A stretch of DNA of 64,000 nucleotides, taken from contig CAXXIA010000002.1 in assembly GCA_963666985.2 (NCBI GenBank), forward strand, positions 640,001 through 704,000, in the 5' to 3' direction. Within the stretch, counting starts at the first letter, position 1. Each line of letters starts with the position of its first letter. Below the pieces are notes generated by a model. It was not told where the DNA came from, ran no database searches, and saw nothing but the letters and a program-made list of their open reading frames with translations. The position numbers and the translations under genes are program-made. The DNA comes from Spirochaetia bacterium (GTDB taxonomy: Bacteria > Spirochaetota > Spirochaetia > DSM-2461). Below, one piece after another: positions 29,141 through 38,404 of this stretch.

Positions 29141-29797
29141 CTACAATACACCGAACTTTTCAAACGCTTCGGTTGCCGACATGCCGTTCCGAATGGCCTT
29201 TATCATGGTTTTCTCGGTTCGCGCCTTTTCCAGGGCCAAACGCATAACTTCCTCTACGCACTCCTTCGGAACCACGATAACACCGTCTTCGTCTCCGACG
29301 ATACAATCACCGGGACGAATAAGAACATCACCGATTTCAATATTCACGCGATAATCGACAACGCTCATGCGCGGTCCGGAATCCTGGGCATAAGCACCGC
29401 AGCTGAACACGGAGAAATCCTGTCTTAAGACTTGCGGTGTATCGCGATGAAAACCGTCAACAACAGCCCCCGCGGCACCCCTTGCCTTGGCGGTGGCGGT
29501 CAGGAGTTCTCCCCAATTGGCGCTTCGGTGCATCGCGCCCGCGGCCACATACACTTCATTGCGTTCCAGAGAATCAAGCGCTTGAGTGAGTTTCCCAAAC
29601 GGCTGCCGCTGGTGTCCGTAAACATCCATCATCAATACGGGCATCGCGAATCCCGCTATTTTCATCTCCGGCCGAACAGGATGCAGATAGGACGGAAGGA
29701 ACTGATGAAAAAGTCCCATCGTATCCAGAATATCGCCTATTACCGGCGTGTATAACTCGTCACGAATCATCGTGAGCATTTCAACATCCAAAGCCAT
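29141..29797 (-). CDS. RraA / HMG-CHA aldolase family protein
   Basis: WGELL.ATA..RGA.GAVVDG..RD and I.PGD.IVGD.DGV motifs. Confidence 0.85.
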   Translation of the reverse strand: MALDVEMLTMIRDELYTPVIGDILDTMGLFHQFLPSYLHPVRPEMKIAGFAMPVLMMDVYGHQRQPFGKLTQALDSLERNEVYVAAGAMHRSANWGELLTATAKARGAAGAVVDGFHRDTPQVLRQDFSVFSCGAYAQDSGPRMSVVDYRVNIEIGDVLIRPGDCIVGDEDGVIVVPKECVEEVMRLALEKARTEKTMIKAIRNGMSATEAFEKFGVL

Positions 29798-29800
29798 GGT

Positions 29801-30658
29801 TTAACCTTTCTTCAAGAGTTCGGACGATGGAATCATAAAAATCCCGCCCGCGTCGGGCTGCTTCGCCCGGTCCGACCCCGCGATTCCCCGTCCTGCGGTC
29901 GTTATGTATAAATCACCGTTTTCATGAAAACAGCAGCTTGTTACAAAAGAGGCGGGAACATCATACTCCCGCAGCCTTACGGGTTTTAGACTGTCCCAAA
30001 CACTGATTTTCCACCCGTTATAATGAGCAATCCATAAATTGTCGTTTTCATCGACAGTCATTCCGTCCGGCAGTCCGTCGTCGATATGAATCCAATTCGC
30101 ACCGTGAAGGAAACGGCCGTTCTGAGCATCGAAATCATACCGAGAAACCGTATGCGCGGAAGAATCGATAAGAAAAGCCAGCGTACCGTCTTTGTTCCAT
30201 ACCAGTCCGTTCGGAATGCTCAGTCCGGATAAAACCGTATCGATTTGTCCGTTTTCAAGTGATATTCGATACAGTTTCCCGGCACCGGGACGAAGTTCGT
30301 TGGACATGGAACCTATATACAAAGCGCCGTCCGGCCCGATGCCGCCGTCGTTCAGTCTTAAATCCGCATTTTCCCGGACAATCTCGGCAATAAGATGCTT
30401 CCCGCCGCTCGCGATATCAACGCGATAAATGCTCATCCCCGCCGCGACCAGATAGTCGTTCCGCCCTCCGCCGGGCATCGGAGCGACATAAGTAACATAT
30501 TCATCCCACCGCATCGATCCGGTAACGGACACAAGGTCGTCCGACCAAAACAAGGCCATGCCCTCAATATCAACCCATAAAAGACGCCGGTTCCCGGCAT
30601 CCCAGATTATTCCCTCGGCAAGCTGGTGCCGGCCGAAATTCTTACACGAATGCATCAC
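29801..30658 (-). CDS. SMP-30/gluconolactonase family sugar lactonase
   Basis: LAEG..WD, RLNDG, IPNGL and GLPDGMTVD...LW motifs. Confidence 0.9.
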   Translation of the reverse strand: MMHSCKNFGRHQLAEGIIWDAGNRRLLWVDIEGMALFWSDDLVSVTGSMRWDEYVTYVAPMPGGGRNDYLVAAGMSIYRVDIASGGKHLIAEIVRENADLRLNDGGIGPDGALYIGSMSNELRPGAGKLYRISLENGQIDTVLSGLSIPNGLVWNKDGTLAFLIDSSAHTVSRYDFDAQNGRFLHGANWIHIDDGLPDGMTVDENDNLWIAHYNGWKISVWDSLKPVRLREYDVPASFVTSCCFHENGDLYITTAGRGIAGSDRAKQPDAGGIFMIPSSELLKKG

Positions 30659-31422
30659 GGTCTATACCTCAATAAATTGTGCATATATCCGCCGTCCACA
30701 TAGATCGTGGAGCCGGTCGAATATCCCGATCCCGAAGAAAGAAGCAGAACGACAGTCGCCGCAAGATCTTTTGCTTTTCCGATCTTTCCCATCGGAATCC
30801 AATTTTCGAACTTCTCCCGACCAACTGCGTCAATCACTTCACTGTTGATTTCCGTTTCTATGGCGCCGGGAGCAAGATTATTCACCCTGATGCCCAAGGG
30901 CGCCAATTCAACCGCCGCCGTCTTCGTATACATGGCCAGCGCCGCCTTCGTTGCGGAATAGACGGCGTTGTGCGGATAAGGAACCTGATCGTGTATCGAG
31001 GTGACATTGATGATTGCCGCGTTCTCGGATTTCTTCAGCATAGCCAGCAGACTCTCAATCAGCAGTATCGGCGCGACGAGATTAACCTGCAAAGAAGCTT
31101 CCAGAACTTCCCGATCGATTTTACCGACCGCTCTGACGCTTTCCATACCCGCATTATTGATTATCGCGTCAAGATGATCGGTCTCCGATGTGATTTTTTC
31201 GGCGATGGCGTCGACTTCGGACGGAACTCCGAGATCGCCCGAAACCCATCGGCATCCCAGAGAATCCGCGACACGCTTCGCGTCGCTCTCATTACGGCCG
31301 TGCACCCAGATGTCCATTCCGAGATCCACAAGCACTCCGGCCAATTCCCTGCCTATTCCGCGGGTGCTTCCCGTAATAAGACAGCGCGCGCCTTCCACCG
31401 ATATCAGTTCATCAACTTTCAT
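30655..31422 (-). CDS. SDR oxidoreductase, aldose/glucose 1-dehydrogenase-like
   Basis: TGSTRGIG, NNAG, YSATK and IRVNNLAPGAIETEIN motifs. Confidence 0.88.
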   Translation of the reverse strand: MKVDELISVEGARCLITGSTRGIGRELAGVLVDLGMDIWVHGRNESDAKRVADSLGCRWVSGDLGVPSEVDAIAEKITSETDHLDAIINNAGMESVRAVGKIDREVLEASLQVNLVAPILLIESLLAMLKKSENAAIINVTSIHDQVPYPHNAVYSATKAALAMYTKTAAVELAPLGIRVNNLAPGAIETEINSEVIDAVGREKFENWIPMGKIGKAKDLAATVVLLLSSGSGYSTGSTIYVDGGYMHNLLRYRP

Positions 31423-31428
31423 AAAGCG

Positions 31429-32649
31429 TTACTCCTGAAACGCACGGGAACCCGAACGAAGATAACGCCGTACAACAGCCGGATTCAGTTCAACGCCGAT
31501 CCCCGGAGCATCCGTTAAGGAAACAGAGCCCGGCGAATACCACGAATCCCAGTGAGGTGTTACCAAATCTCCGTAAAAGGGAACATCGGCACCGTGGAAT
31601 TCCATCGCAAGGAAATTCGAAAACGTCGATGAGAACTGAGCCGTCGTCATCATCGCCAGCGGACTGCCGATCATATGGGGCGCGAACGCCATATTGGCCT
31701 CCCCGGCAAGAGTCACGACGGCCGCACTCTCATACAGACCTCCCGATTTCTGCAAATCGGGAGTAACGACATCGCAGGCTGCATGATTAATCAGCGGCTT
31801 AAATCCGCCGATACGCTGATGATTCTCGCCGGTTGCCACGGGCGTGGTGGTTCTTGAACGAATAAATTCCAAGCCTTCAATGTCGGACGCCGGTACCGGA
31901 TCTTCCAGCCATGCAAGCCGATACGGCTCCGCTTCTCGGGCGAAACGCAGCATTTCCTTCGGCCGGTACCGCCAATGGGCGTCGAACGCGATTTCCGTTT
32001 CCGGCCCCGCCGCCTCCCTGACGGCGGCGACAAGATTCACCATCCAATCCAATTCACCGGAAGAAAGCGGATAGCCGACGGCGCTGTCGAATCGGCTTCC
32101 CGGAACGTCGAGATCAAATTTGAGGAAGTCATATCCTTCCTTCTTCATCATCCGCGCACGCTCGGCCGAAAGACGAATCTCATCCTCGGGATTTTCCGAG
32201 TCATCCGATTCACCGGCCCAATCGAAATGCATCGGCTGAAGAACTTCATTCAGGGCCTCAAGAGACGAACCGCCGTGACAATCGGCGTAAACGCGTACGG
32301 AGTCGCGCAAACGTCCTCCGAACAACTGCGCCAAGGAAACACCGGCGTATTTTCCGTATGCATCCAAAAGCGCCGCTTCGATTCCCGTAATAACATTAAC
32401 CGCCAAACCTCCGTCGGACCCCGCTCCGGAAGCGGCGCTCCGCAGCATATTTACGATTTCCTTCGGCCGACTGATATTTCCGCCAATCAGCAGGGGAATA
32501 AAATCCTCGAGGATTCCGGCGAAACCCGGCGTAAGAAAACATTCACCGGTTCCGTAAAGTCCGGCCGCGTCGTCCGTGTAAATACGGATATAATTCCACG
32601 GGAAATTCCCGTACAACGTCATACCTTTGACGTCCGTTATTTTCGGCAT
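31429..32649 (-). CDS. Mandelate racemase/enolase-superfamily acid-sugar dehydratase
   Basis: VYADCH, KFDLD, FDAHW, WLEDP, TGEN and APH...MEFH motifs. Confidence 0.88.
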   Translation of the reverse strand: MPKITDVKGMTLYGNFPWNYIRIYTDDAAGLYGTGECFLTPGFAGILEDFIPLLIGGNISRPKEIVNMLRSAASGAGSDGGLAVNVITGIEAALLDAYGKYAGVSLAQLFGGRLRDSVRVYADCHGGSSLEALNEVLQPMHFDWAGESDDSENPEDEIRLSAERARMMKKEGYDFLKFDLDVPGSRFDSAVGYPLSSGELDWMVNLVAAVREAAGPETEIAFDAHWRYRPKEMLRFAREAEPYRLAWLEDPVPASDIEGLEFIRSRTTTPVATGENHQRIGGFKPLINHAACDVVTPDLQKSGGLYESAAVVTLAGEANMAFAPHMIGSPLAMMTTAQFSSTFSNFLAMEFHGADVPFYGDLVTPHWDSWYSPGSVSLTDAPGIGVELNPAVVRRYLRSGSRAFQE

Positions 32650-32696
32650 TCAATAACTCCCGATTCTTGATGCTTCAATGAAATGATTCGGCCGAT

Positions 32697-35060
32697 TTAT
32701 TCCGAGACGGCCGCAATCGCTTGATACAATTCCCAGATTCCCCGCGCCCGCTGATACATCGTGGCTCTGATGGAGGCTCGCTCTTTAATGCTGATGGCTT
32801 CCGGAGTGGCGAACCACGATGCCAGAACATCGTCGGTCCAGCAGGCCGAGTACGTATCGAAGGCGGTTTTCAACGCCAAAGCTTCCATGCCGGAGTCGCC
32901 CGAATCACGTGCGACGCGAACGGAGAGAGCGGCGAAAAGATATGTTACGCCGACCCAAGACTCATCTTCGTGCGCGGGGAATTCAGCCGTGGATGCGCTT
33001 TCGCCTTTTCCGACACGAGCGATGTTCGCGATGCCCACATCGCCGAATCCGTCTCCGTCGTAGTCGATATTGGGAATAACTCCGTATCGGAAAGCCGCTT
33101 TCACATGGTCACGAATTCTCTGCGGCGGCAGCACATACCCCAAACCGCTTACCAGAGGCATGATTTGACCGACGAACGCGTCGCCCATAATCACATGATT
33201 TTTCTCATTGTATTGATAATATTTCTCACTCTTGTTCCAAAGACGTGATTCAACCGCATCATGAGTCAGGTTCATCTGGGAAACAACGTCCTCTTTCGGC
33301 AGGAATTCGCCCGTCGCATCCTGAATATCGAGAATGGCCTTCAGGGCCCCGAGCCACAGAACCGCGTTGAATAAATGATTGTCCCGGTATTCGGAACTTT
33401 TCATCTCGCTCAAACCGTCGCCGTTCGTATCGGTTGTAAGCTGAAAATGATAGGTCTTGGCGATGGAAGGAAGAACATCTTTCAGAAAAGCATCATCACC
33501 CGTGTGTTTCCAATAGGCATGACACTGCTGGATGAATTTGGGAGAAAACTCCGACCACGGCGTCGTATCGAGTTCGTACTCGTCTTTATGCGGATACGTC
33601 AGATAATAATCGTCAAAAACGAAATACGGATCGTTTCCGGGGCTTCCGGCGTCATGAGGAAGGGCGCCGGTCGGGTTCTTCTCAATAAAATCCGAGTAAG
33701 CAAGAAGAATGTCACGTTCCAATTCCGGCCAAAGTTCACGGACAGCACGGCTTGAATGATGGCGGACATCGAATGTCTCGGCGAAAGGATACTCAAGACA
33801 CTCCATTACAAAAAACAGATGCTGTCCTTCCCTCGCCCCGAACTCCTTCGGTTTGGTAACGCAGCCGTTTTCCCAAAACGTTCCGCCGAAACTCATGTAA
33901 TAAAGCTCGTTAAGAGCTCCTGTTCGCAGCCAGCCGGGAACATTCCGATTTCCCGCAATCGGCTCCATCCAGGAATCGACGAGCACTCTCCAACGGTCCA
34001 TTTCCCGAAGACTCAATTCCGCAAGAGTGTTCAATGCCGTGCGCGTGTCCGGAAAATATTCCGTAAACCTTCGTTTCCAAACGGTTTTCCCGCCGAATTG
34101 AACAAGGGGAAAATTCCACGACAAAGAAAAGCGAAACGATTCCGAAGACTGCCTCGATATGGTTTTCGTCATGCCGACGGCCGCGGACGGACATTCGCCC
34201 TGCCCGCAGAGCGAAACATCTCCGCCGATTTCTTTCCGAGAAAGATATTGAAGAAGATCTCCCCCGTCTCCTTCGGAATCCCAGGTATCAACCGTAAAGC
34301 TCTCGGCTTCAGCGGCGATACACCAGCCGGTTCCCGCCGTTTCCACAGGATTATCCTCACCTGCCAATAATTCAACAGCGGAAAAATTCTCATTCCGGAT
34401 GCTTCGATTAAACAGACCGGAACGCCGAACAAGAAGCCCGGGCTGATATTCAAACATCCGCCGTTCGTCGCGGTTATGATGCAGCCCGTCTTCATCCGTA
34501 TATTGAGCGTTCGGAAACGCCAAGGTTATTCGCGCCGTCAGTTCCGAATCTGATTTATTTTCCACGTTTATGGAAAAACAACCGACGGGAAACGACGTTT
34601 CCTTGTAGTTTTTCGCCACAATCGGAGAAAAGAACTCCATCACCAACCTCAGCGCCTCGTTCTCGTAGACAATCCACCCTTTCGGATAAAGCGCGTGATA
34701 AACCGCCCCCTCGACCTGATGTTCTTTCCAGGCGGGCATGACATGTTCGGTGGACAGCACGATGCATCGAAACGGTTCATCACCCACCCGATAATGCAGA
34801 ATAAACGCGCCTTGGTTCGGAAAACGTTCTTCATAGCGTCCCGGTTTCATATGAAACGGTCCGAAGGAACCTGTCCAATTGAACATTAATGAGCCGGCTC
34901 CGAATCCTCCGAGCGGAATCCCTTTAAGGCTTCGGCGCTCCGTATTTTTTACCTCCGCTTCCCGAACGGAAATATCCGCCGATCCCGAACGATCGGCATC
35001 CATATGCCTCGACCACGCACGCTGATGCGGCCGAAAATCCGAAGTGGTGTTCTGCGACAC
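32697..35060 (-). CDS. Glycoside hydrolase family 116
   Basis: GIPLGGFGAG, YHALYPKGW, FFSPIV..NYKETSFPV, ALNELYY, MECLEY...ETFDV, PHDAG and ESWVGVTY. GTG start. Confidence 0.9.
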   Translation of the reverse strand: MSQNTTSDFRPHQRAWSRHMDADRSGSADISVREAEVKNTERRSLKGIPLGGFGAGSLMFNWTGSFGPFHMKPGRYEERFPNQGAFILHYRVGDEPFRCIVLSTEHVMPAWKEHQVEGAVYHALYPKGWIVYENEALRLVMEFFSPIVAKNYKETSFPVGCFSINVENKSDSELTARITLAFPNAQYTDEDGLHHNRDERRMFEYQPGLLVRRSGLFNRSIRNENFSAVELLAGEDNPVETAGTGWCIAAEAESFTVDTWDSEGDGGDLLQYLSRKEIGGDVSLCGQGECPSAAVGMTKTISRQSSESFRFSLSWNFPLVQFGGKTVWKRRFTEYFPDTRTALNTLAELSLREMDRWRVLVDSWMEPIAGNRNVPGWLRTGALNELYYMSFGGTFWENGCVTKPKEFGAREGQHLFFVMECLEYPFAETFDVRHHSSRAVRELWPELERDILLAYSDFIEKNPTGALPHDAGSPGNDPYFVFDDYYLTYPHKDEYELDTTPWSEFSPKFIQQCHAYWKHTGDDAFLKDVLPSIAKTYHFQLTTDTNGDGLSEMKSSEYRDNHLFNAVLWLGALKAILDIQDATGEFLPKEDVVSQMNLTHDAVESRLWNKSEKYYQYNEKNHVIMGDAFVGQIMPLVSGLGYVLPPQRIRDHVKAAFRYGVIPNIDYDGDGFGDVGIANIARVGKGESASTAEFPAHEDESWVGVTYLFAALSVRVARDSGDSGMEALALKTAFDTYSACWTDDVLASWFATPEAISIKERASIRATMYQRARGIWELYQAIAAVSE

Positions 35061-35090
35061 TGTGTGTACTCCTTTATTTATGAACAGAAA

Positions 35091-35915
35091 TCATTCTTTA
35101 ATAGCCGTACCGGCAAGACCTTCGATGAGATGCTTTCGGCCGATAATCATGAGAACAATCGTCGGAACGGTACCGACGACCAATGCCATCATCCGTCCGC
35201 CGTAATCGGCTCGAAACATACCGCCGAAAGTCGAGAGGGCGAGAGGAACCGTATACAAGCGACTCTCATTCACCATAACGAGCGGGTAGATATAATTATT
35301 CCAGGACCAAATGTATAACAGCAGGACAACCGTTAATAACGCGGGCTTCAGCATCGGCAGTACAATCCGGAAATAAATCAGCGATTCGGATGCGCCGTCC
35401 GAACGCGCGCTTTCCAATAAAGAGTTAGGGATAGCCCCTTGAGCGTAGCTCCGGACGAAATAAACCCCGACTGCGTATGCCATGGGAGGAATAATGAGGG
35501 GCAGATGAGTATTCATCCAGCCCAAATATTTCATCTCGATCGTAAGCCCCACAAGCGACAGCTGCGGCGGAATCATAACGCTTCCGAGCACCGCCATGAA
35601 CAGAAGATCTTTGTACCGGAACATAAATTTCGCGAAGGCATAACCAGCCATGGAAACAATCAGCGCCCCTCCGATGGAGGTTAAAGCGGCGATGTAAAAA
35701 CTGTTGAAGAAATATCGGGCGAATCCCGCGCTTAAAACGGCACGAAGATTTTCCCCGCCATGAGTTCCCGGCAGCAGCGGAAGTTTTGTCAGAATACGTT
35801 CACTCGTATGAGTACTCATCACGATCATTTCATAAAACGGTAATATTCCGAACAGCGAAATCACGACGATTAAAATAATCACAGGAAGGCGCCTGCGGAG
35901 GTTGTGGTTCATCAT
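35091..35915 (-). CDS. Carbohydrate ABC transporter permease
   Basis: EAA loop IPNSLLESARSDGA, plus GYAFAK and WNNYIYP. Confidence 0.93.
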   Translation of the reverse strand: MMNHNLRRRLPVIILIVVISLFGILPFYEMIVMSTHTSERILTKLPLLPGTHGGENLRAVLSAGFARYFFNSFYIAALTSIGGALIVSMAGYAFAKFMFRYKDLLFMAVLGSVMIPPQLSLVGLTIEMKYLGWMNTHLPLIIPPMAYAVGVYFVRSYAQGAIPNSLLESARSDGASESLIYFRIVLPMLKPALLTVVLLLYIWSWNNYIYPLVMVNESRLYTVPLALSTFGGMFRADYGGRMMALVVGTVPTIVLMIIGRKHLIEGLAGTAIKE

Positions 35916-35930
35916 TTAACTTCCTCCACC

Positions 35931-36836
35931 CTAGTTATTTCGAGTCGTGCGAATCAGTCCGATTGAAAGAACGAACGTAATGACGAACATAATCACGGCA
36001 TTGGCCGCACCATAGCCGAATTCGAAGTTCCGAAAAGAAATGCTGTAAAAATTCATCAGTAACGTAAGAACGGCATCCCGAATGCCGCCGAACGGTAATT
36101 TTGAATATGTCATAACCGCGACGGGTTCGTCGAAAAGCTGCAGTCCGCCGATAATGCTCGTTACCGATAAGAAAATAAGTACGGGACGCAATAGTGGAAT
36201 AACGATATGAAACAGCCGATGATGCCACGAGGCTCCGTCTATCTGCGCCGCTTCCGACAAGGAATCCGGTATCGTCTGAAGACTGGCTATAAGGATAATC
36301 GCCATATATCCGTAGTACCGCCACACAAGGAGGAAAATAACCACCAGCTTTACAAGAACCGGATGCGTAAGCCAGCCGATCGGTTCGTCGGTAAGCCCCA
36401 CATTTAACAAGAACCGATTTACAAAACCGATTTTTCGATCGAAGAAATATTGAAAAAGGATTCCGATTGCAAACGGAATAATCAGATAGGGAAGAAAATT
36501 TAAAATGCGCACCAATGATGTATATTTTCTCAAAAAATCCCACAGAAGAAACGCAATCAGCAAACCAATTCCAATCTGCAGCGGAATCGCCGGAAGAATA
36601 ATCGCCAAAGTAACAAGGAGAGAATTCCAGAAACGAACATCGGTAAAAAGCTTCCCATAATTTGAAAAACCCGCGAATTCCGCACCGGAAATCCCGTTCC
36701 AATCAAAAAGACTAACCCCTATTGAGAACAGCATGGGGAAAACCGCAAACGCGATAAATACCGTAAAAAAAGGAATTAAGAAAAAATAAGCCGTTCGGGC
36801 AAGATTACGTTTCAAAAAGAACCTCCGATGCGACAC
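35931..36836 (-). CDS. Carbohydrate ABC transporter permease
   Basis: EAA loop LSEAAQIDGA and IIGGLQLFDEP. Confidence 0.93.
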   Translation of the reverse strand: MSHRRFFLKRNLARTAYFFLIPFFTVFIAFAVFPMLFSIGVSLFDWNGISGAEFAGFSNYGKLFTDVRFWNSLLVTLAIILPAIPLQIGIGLLIAFLLWDFLRKYTSLVRILNFLPYLIIPFAIGILFQYFFDRKIGFVNRFLLNVGLTDEPIGWLTHPVLVKLVVIFLLVWRYYGYMAIILIASLQTIPDSLSEAAQIDGASWHHRLFHIVIPLLRPVLIFLSVTSIIGGLQLFDEPVAVMTYSKLPFGGIRDAVLTLLMNFYSISFRNFEFGYGAANAVIMFVITFVLSIGLIRTTRNN

Positions 36837-36852
36837 TCATCCATTCGGTAAA

Positions 36853-36877
36853 TCATGGGCCGCCGGGCGGCCCATGA
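36853..36877 (-). other. Stem-loop between the SBP and permease genes (probable mRNA stabiliser or partial terminator)
   Basis: Inverted repeat TCATGGGCCGCC-G-GGCGGCCCATGA. Confidence 0.55.
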
Positions 36878-36899
36878 AGAAATCAATTCAAACTTTTTC

Positions 36900-38192
36900 T
36901 CAGCGATTTATAATGCTGTTTCGAACCAAGTTGTCATCCACCATTTCCATGATTCGAGAAACAGTTAATGCAGGATTCTCATTTAATTCCGCAACCGCTT
37001 CTTCTATAACCTCCGAGACTTGACTATCCATCGGATCGGCGGCACGCGACGGCGCCATTTCAGGACGAATATTCTGAGCGAAGAACGCAAGAATATCCTG
37101 TCCTCCAAAAAACGAATCCGGTTCCGAGTAGAAATTCAAATCATCGTAAACGGGAGTGTGTGGTGAAAAATATCCAAGATTATCTCGATTGGATACGGCT
37201 CCCTCCTCGGAGAAATACGTCCATCGAATGTATTCGTATGCGGCTTCTTTATCCTTGGCCTTGGAAGGAATGGCGACTATTGTGCCGCCATACAGGAATC
37301 CGCCGCCCGGAGGAACCATCAAGCCCCACTTCCCGGCAGTATCGGGAGCGTTCGCTTTGAACACCCATGTGGGCCCCCATGTCGCGCAGGGATAAAACAT
37401 GCAGTTCCCTTCAAGAAAGGACTGATTCCACGCTGCGCTGTCACGCAGAATATCATTAACAAGCTCTTCCCGGCGCATCATTACCAGACGTTCCATAACG
37501 GGACGCAGCGCCTTATCCATATTTGATTTTCCATCAATTAGAAACGGCTCAGGACTTTGTGTCTGCATAGCGAAATAGGCATCATCAACTCCGGGAAACA
37601 AGAATGCTTTACCATTCGATTCAGCTTTCATCTTCCGGCCGAATTCAATTAATTTATCCCAAGTGTTAAGAAGAGCGCCAAGTTCTTCCGGATCGTCCGT
37701 ACCGGCGTATTGAAGAGCCAAATCACGTCTGTATGCAAAACCGGCCATCGGAGGTGAAACCTCAAAGCCAACAAGTTTCCCCTTCCAGTAAGAAACCGGC
37801 TCGAGGCAATCCAGCAATTTTGATGTATCGGCATTGTACGGCGCCTTGCTGAGATCTTCCCAAATATCAAGAGCGAGCAGACTGCCGCGCTGACCTCGTT
37901 CCATCCAGATTACATCCGGTAATTCGGAACCCGAAGTGATGGTTGCCTGCAATTTTTGATAAATCTCATCTACGGGAACCGCTGTAAAAGAAACCTCAAT
38001 TCCCGGATGAGTCGTGTAAAAGTCATCAATTACGGATTGCTGATTTTTCTGCGGTTCCCACGTCCATACATTCACCACAGCCGCATCCGACCGATCACCC
38101 GCGTCCTGTTCGCCATTTGCAAAAACAGAGACGAATCCGGCAAGCATCAAGAACAGTAAAAAAACATTCTTGACGACATTTCCCTTTTTCAT
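36900..38192 (-). CDS. Carbohydrate ABC transporter solute-binding protein
   Basis: Signal peptide ending VFA|NGEQD, plus VWTW, YRRDL and GKWG...GG motifs. GGAGG RBS. Confidence 0.9.
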   Translation of the reverse strand: MKKGNVVKNVFLLFLMLAGFVSVFANGEQDAGDRSDAAVVNVWTWEPQKNQQSVIDDFYTTHPGIEVSFTAVPVDEIYQKLQATITSGSELPDVIWMERGQRGSLLALDIWEDLSKAPYNADTSKLLDCLEPVSYWKGKLVGFEVSPPMAGFAYRRDLALQYAGTDDPEELGALLNTWDKLIEFGRKMKAESNGKAFLFPGVDDAYFAMQTQSPEPFLIDGKSNMDKALRPVMERLVMMRREELVNDILRDSAAWNQSFLEGNCMFYPCATWGPTWVFKANAPDTAGKWGLMVPPGGGFLYGGTIVAIPSKAKDKEAAYEYIRWTYFSEEGAVSNRDNLGYFSPHTPVYDDLNFYSEPDSFFGGQDILAFFAQNIRPEMAPSRAADPMDSQVSEVIEEAVAELNENPALTVSRIMEMVDDNLVRNSIINR

Positions 38193-38205
38193 TGCTACCT
38201 CCATT

Positions 38206-38252
38206 AATTTAAACGTTTCAATTAGATTATATTGCAATCTCCACACTGTCAA
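38206..38252 (-). promoter_or_regulatory. Sigma70 promoter of the GH116 operon with adjacent LacI-type operator
   Basis: Minus strand TTGACA-17 nt-TAATCT, immediately followed by the near-palindrome AATTGAAACGTTTAAATT (38206-38223). Confidence 0.7.
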
Positions 38253-38352
38253 TGCAAAGATATTATAATATTTATCTTATTATATAATAACATTTTAAAT
38301 GTTTTCCCATCCTTGAGCCATATAACCATTCCTCACAATTCAATCAAATACG

Positions 38353-38368
38353 ATTCAAACGTTTTAAT
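38353..38368. promoter_or_regulatory. Second LacI-type operator upstream of the regulator
   Basis: ATTCAAACGTTTTAAT, with the same AAACGTTT core as the site at 38206-38223. Confidence 0.55.
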
Positions 38369-38404
38369 TAATTTCTCTTTTTCGGCTGTTCGCATTGCGC
38401 GGTA

